Assembly: GCA_002269645.1 (NCBI GenBank)
Contig: NIVC01002637.1
Span: forward strand, 13,804 to 77,803
Direction: 5' to 3'
Length of the DNA: 64,000 nucleotides
Origin: Macrostomum lignano
Taxonomy: Eukaryota
Positions 61,301-64,000 of the stretch are shown here, piece after piece (the first letter of the stretch is position 1; the number at the start of each line of letters is the position of its first letter). A program made the position numbers and the translations under genes. Under the pieces are notes generated by a model. It saw only the letters and a list, made by a program, of their open reading frames with translations. It did no database searches and was not told where the DNA came from.

Positions 61301-63758
61301 CTGCTGCCGCTCGACCGCCATTGGCGCCCTCATGGCTGAGGCCGACCTCGTGCCCCTGGCGACCAGAGCGGAGGCGGCAGGCGCAGCCCTGTTCGAGCGA
61401 GCCCTCCGTCACCGACAACCGACTCCGCTCCGCGCTGCAGCAGGCAAGACCTCTACGCCCCGCTTGCGCGCTCACGGGGAGCCTGGGGCCTTCCGCAGGA
61501 ACTGGCGCGACTCGGCGCAGCACCTGAGCGCCGCCGCCGGCCTGGCCACCCTCCCCCGGGAGCAGGAGAACCTCCCTCCGCTGCCATGGTCCGTCCGACA
61601 CCAGCCGGGTCACCATCCGCTGCGACCTCCTGACCGCGACCTCCCGAGAGGAGGCGCCCCACGTCAGAAAGCTGGCCGCGCTGGAGACGCTGGCGAGCCT
61701 CCCGCCCGCCGACCTGGAGCTCTGGACAGACGGTTCAGCCTCCGGGGGCACCCTTAACGGCGGAGCGGGGGCGGTCATCTTCAGCAAGACCGCGCCGCCA
61801 GTCCACCTGTCGCAGGCTGCGGGCCGTTACTCTTCCTCCTTCCGTGCCGAGGAATCGGCTCTCCGGCTGGGGCTTCAGCACGTCGCCTCTAGGCCGGACC
61901 TTGCCTCCCTGAGCGGCCTCCGCTGCCTGACGGACTCGCAGTCCCTGCTCCGAGCCCTCGAGAAGGGACCGTCCAAGTCCTCCTCGCCAGCGTGCCGGGA
62001 GATCTTGACGCTGCTGACCCACGTCGCCGCCCGCTTCCCAATCTGGCTGCAATGGGTCCCCAGCCACTGCGACCTCCGGCGGAACGATGCTGCGGACGTC
62101 ACCGCCAAGACCGCGCCGGCCTCCCCCAGAACGAGACGCCGATCGACTTCGGGTCAGCGCGGGCCGCCCTCCGCCGGGTCCTCGCCGAGCGCACCCGCGA
62201 AGCCAACGCGGCCGACCCGCACTGCGCCACCAACCGTCTGGCAACCGCCATCGCCGCCCCGCGGCCACGCCTTAACCGGGCCGACGCGGTGACCCTCGCC
62301 CAGCTGCGCACGGGCCACTCACCGCTCCTGCGCTGGTATCGGCACCGGATCGGCCTGGACACCGCCGCCACCTGCCCCCGCTGCGGGCCGCCGACGAAGA
62401 CGTGGCCCACGTCCTCCTGCACTGCCGGGCCCTTGACGACCTTCGGGCCCGCACCCTAGGGCCAAACCCGTCCCTGGCCGTCCTCTCGACGGACGGCCTC
62501 CGCGCGCTCGATTTCCTCCGCACGGTAGGGGCGCAGACACGCCCCCCGGATCCAACCGGCCGGGAGTAACAACAACAACAACAGGAATGGCGCCAGCGTA
62601 TCTCCCTGAAGCACTCCGGAGGATGTCTCAAAGGAGTCCAATAGGCCGTCCGGTGTTGTCACAGCAGCTGTCGTATCACGGTACATCGCCATGATGGCGG
62701 AGATCAGCTGCTCAGGCACGTTGTACGCGCGGAGCACCATTGGAAGCACGGCTCTGACAACCGAGTCGAATGCCTTCTTGAAATCGATAAAGATTAGAAT
62801 CAGGATCGACTGGCGAATCCGCGCCTCCTCGATGACTCGGCGAAGAGCCAGGATCTGCGCCACTGTGCCGCGATGGGGCCGGAACCCGTTCTGCTCTGGG
62901 CGCAGGTACGGATCCAGCACTGGCTGCAACCGCGAAAGCAGCATCCGGTTGAACAGCTTCGCTGCACAGGACTGAAGGCAGATGCCTCGATGGTCTTCAA
63001 GCATAGTGGTGCCCGGCTTCTTTGGAACAGCGACGATGTGCGCCGTGGTCCATTCGTTGGGCGCCGCCTCACCGAAGAGCACGCGGTTCATCACTCTGGC
63101 GACCTCAGCGGCCACACAGGGGATGCGCAGCGCCTCGATGGGCACCTCGTCCGGACCCAGCGCTTTCCCGCCCGGTGACTGCTGGCGAGCTTGACAACGT
63201 CGGCTGCGTTGACTGGGGCTACGCTGAAACTCTCCTCTGCCGGCAACGGCGTCTCCGGCGGCAGTGTCAGACTGTCTGGCAGCGGGGGTGGCGGCGCGTT
63301 GACGATGGCGGCGAAGAACTCGCGCAGCTCGTTCCTGCGCTCATCCGGAGTGTCACCAGCCAGGTTCAGCGGATTGCGCCGCTTTCGCGCCGTCAGAGCT
63401 TTGATGGCGGACCAGGCCACGCGCCCTCTGGCATCGGGCCCAGCGGCAGAGACAGCCTAAATGGCGTCATCGACAGCCGCTTGTTGGCGCTGCAGGTAGA
63501 CAGCCACCAGAGCTGCCTCTGCCTCGCGGGTTGGTCACCTGCTCAAGCGGAGCCTCTCCAGATCTTCCCTCGCTGCCTGAATCGCGGGGTCGTCCTACCA
63601 GACCGGCTGCCCACGTTGAGCCGGTTGCATCATCGGTTAATGCTATATTACATGTTGATGTTATAACTTAGCTTGCATTGCTATCATTTCAGAGCAAGAG
63701 AGCTACAAAGTGTGGGGTACTACTAAGTCAGCAAGCCCAAGTTGCAGATAAGTTAGAC

Positions 63759-63934
63759 CAGTTGTTCTCAACCTGTGGGTTGCGTGACCATTTTCTTGGG
63801 GTCGCAGCACTAAGAAATGTGTGAGTACATCATACTTAATGATGCATTATATTGATTATTAAGGGGTTGCGAGCATTAAAAAATCAGGCAAGTGAATAAA
63901 TTAGGGTCGCCTGAAAAAAAGGTTAAGAACTGAA
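63759..63934. mobile_element. hAT-Charlie/MER5-like MITE, degenerate
   Basis: CAGTTGTTCTCAACCTGTGGGTTGCG start; GGGTCGC...AAAAGGTTAAGAAC end. Confidence 0.65.
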
Positions 63935-64000
63935 ATGGATCTGTTGAGACCCATTCAATGTCATTGACAGAATTAGTTTCTAGGATAACTTTAATAATAA

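Larger units (their letters stand above)
58142..62579 (+). mobile_element. Full-length Ingi/I-group LINE (2A-PHD-APE-RT-RNase H-CCHC), frameshifted
   Basis: 12-bp TSD AACAGAAATGGC/AACAGGAATGGC (58130-58141, 62580-62591; 1 mismatch). (AAC)n tail. APE (QLNAAG, CIQET, GDFNAHH, SDHLP), RT (DFSRAYD, PQGS, YADD in shifted frame), RNase H (WTDGS, DSQS, WVPSH) and C-terminal CPRC..H....C. Confidence 0.92.
57218..63635 (-). mobile_element. 5'-truncated RTE-type non-LTR retrotransposon, interrupted by a nested LINE
   Basis: 12-bp TSD GTTAATGCTATA (57206-57217, 63636-63647). (TTG)n 3' tail. RT motifs IDFKKAFDSV, QGDTLAPFLF|VLVLDWVLR (split by the insert) and GYADDL. Stops and frameshifts present; no endonuclease. 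Confidence 0.9.

Noticed and set aside
59140-63666. Many overlapping ORFs on both strands
   Set aside because: Alternative-frame or antisense shadows of GC-rich LINE coding sequence.

Overview
Eukaryotic (animal) genomic DNA, not prokaryotic. It has spliced GC-rich genes with GT-AG introns, a different minisatellite in almost every intron, and many transposons. This style resembles the flatworm Macrostomum (inference only). Host genes: PCM1-like (5' part, minus), TFIIF beta/GTF2F2 (minus), a TTLL10-like glycylase (minus), a PAN+LamG-like exon (plus), a ~1007-aa DSTYK-like protein with an apparently intact dynamin-type GTPase and a degenerate kinase (plus), a Tyr-rich orphan (plus), a Q/P-rich orphan (minus) and a MITF/TFE bHLH-ZIP factor (minus). 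Mobile DNA: a complete 6987-bp EnSpm/CACTA element (CACTG ends, TG TSD, two intact ORFs); a 5'-truncated RTE-type LINE (12-bp TSD) containing a full-length Ingi/I-group LINE; a MULE-like foldback (9-bp TSD); hAT and TA-TSD MITEs; two tRNA-derived SINE families; a THAP relic. The most striking signal is at the 5' end of the Ingi element. An HDV-like ribozyme fold starts exactly at the element boundary, and its P1 helix appears split by a two-hairpin insert forming a perfect four-way junction. It overlaps the start codon of a leader ending in a 2A (DVESNPGP) peptide, followed by a PHD finger. All exon models and RNA folds were derived by eye and need computational or experimental confirmation.
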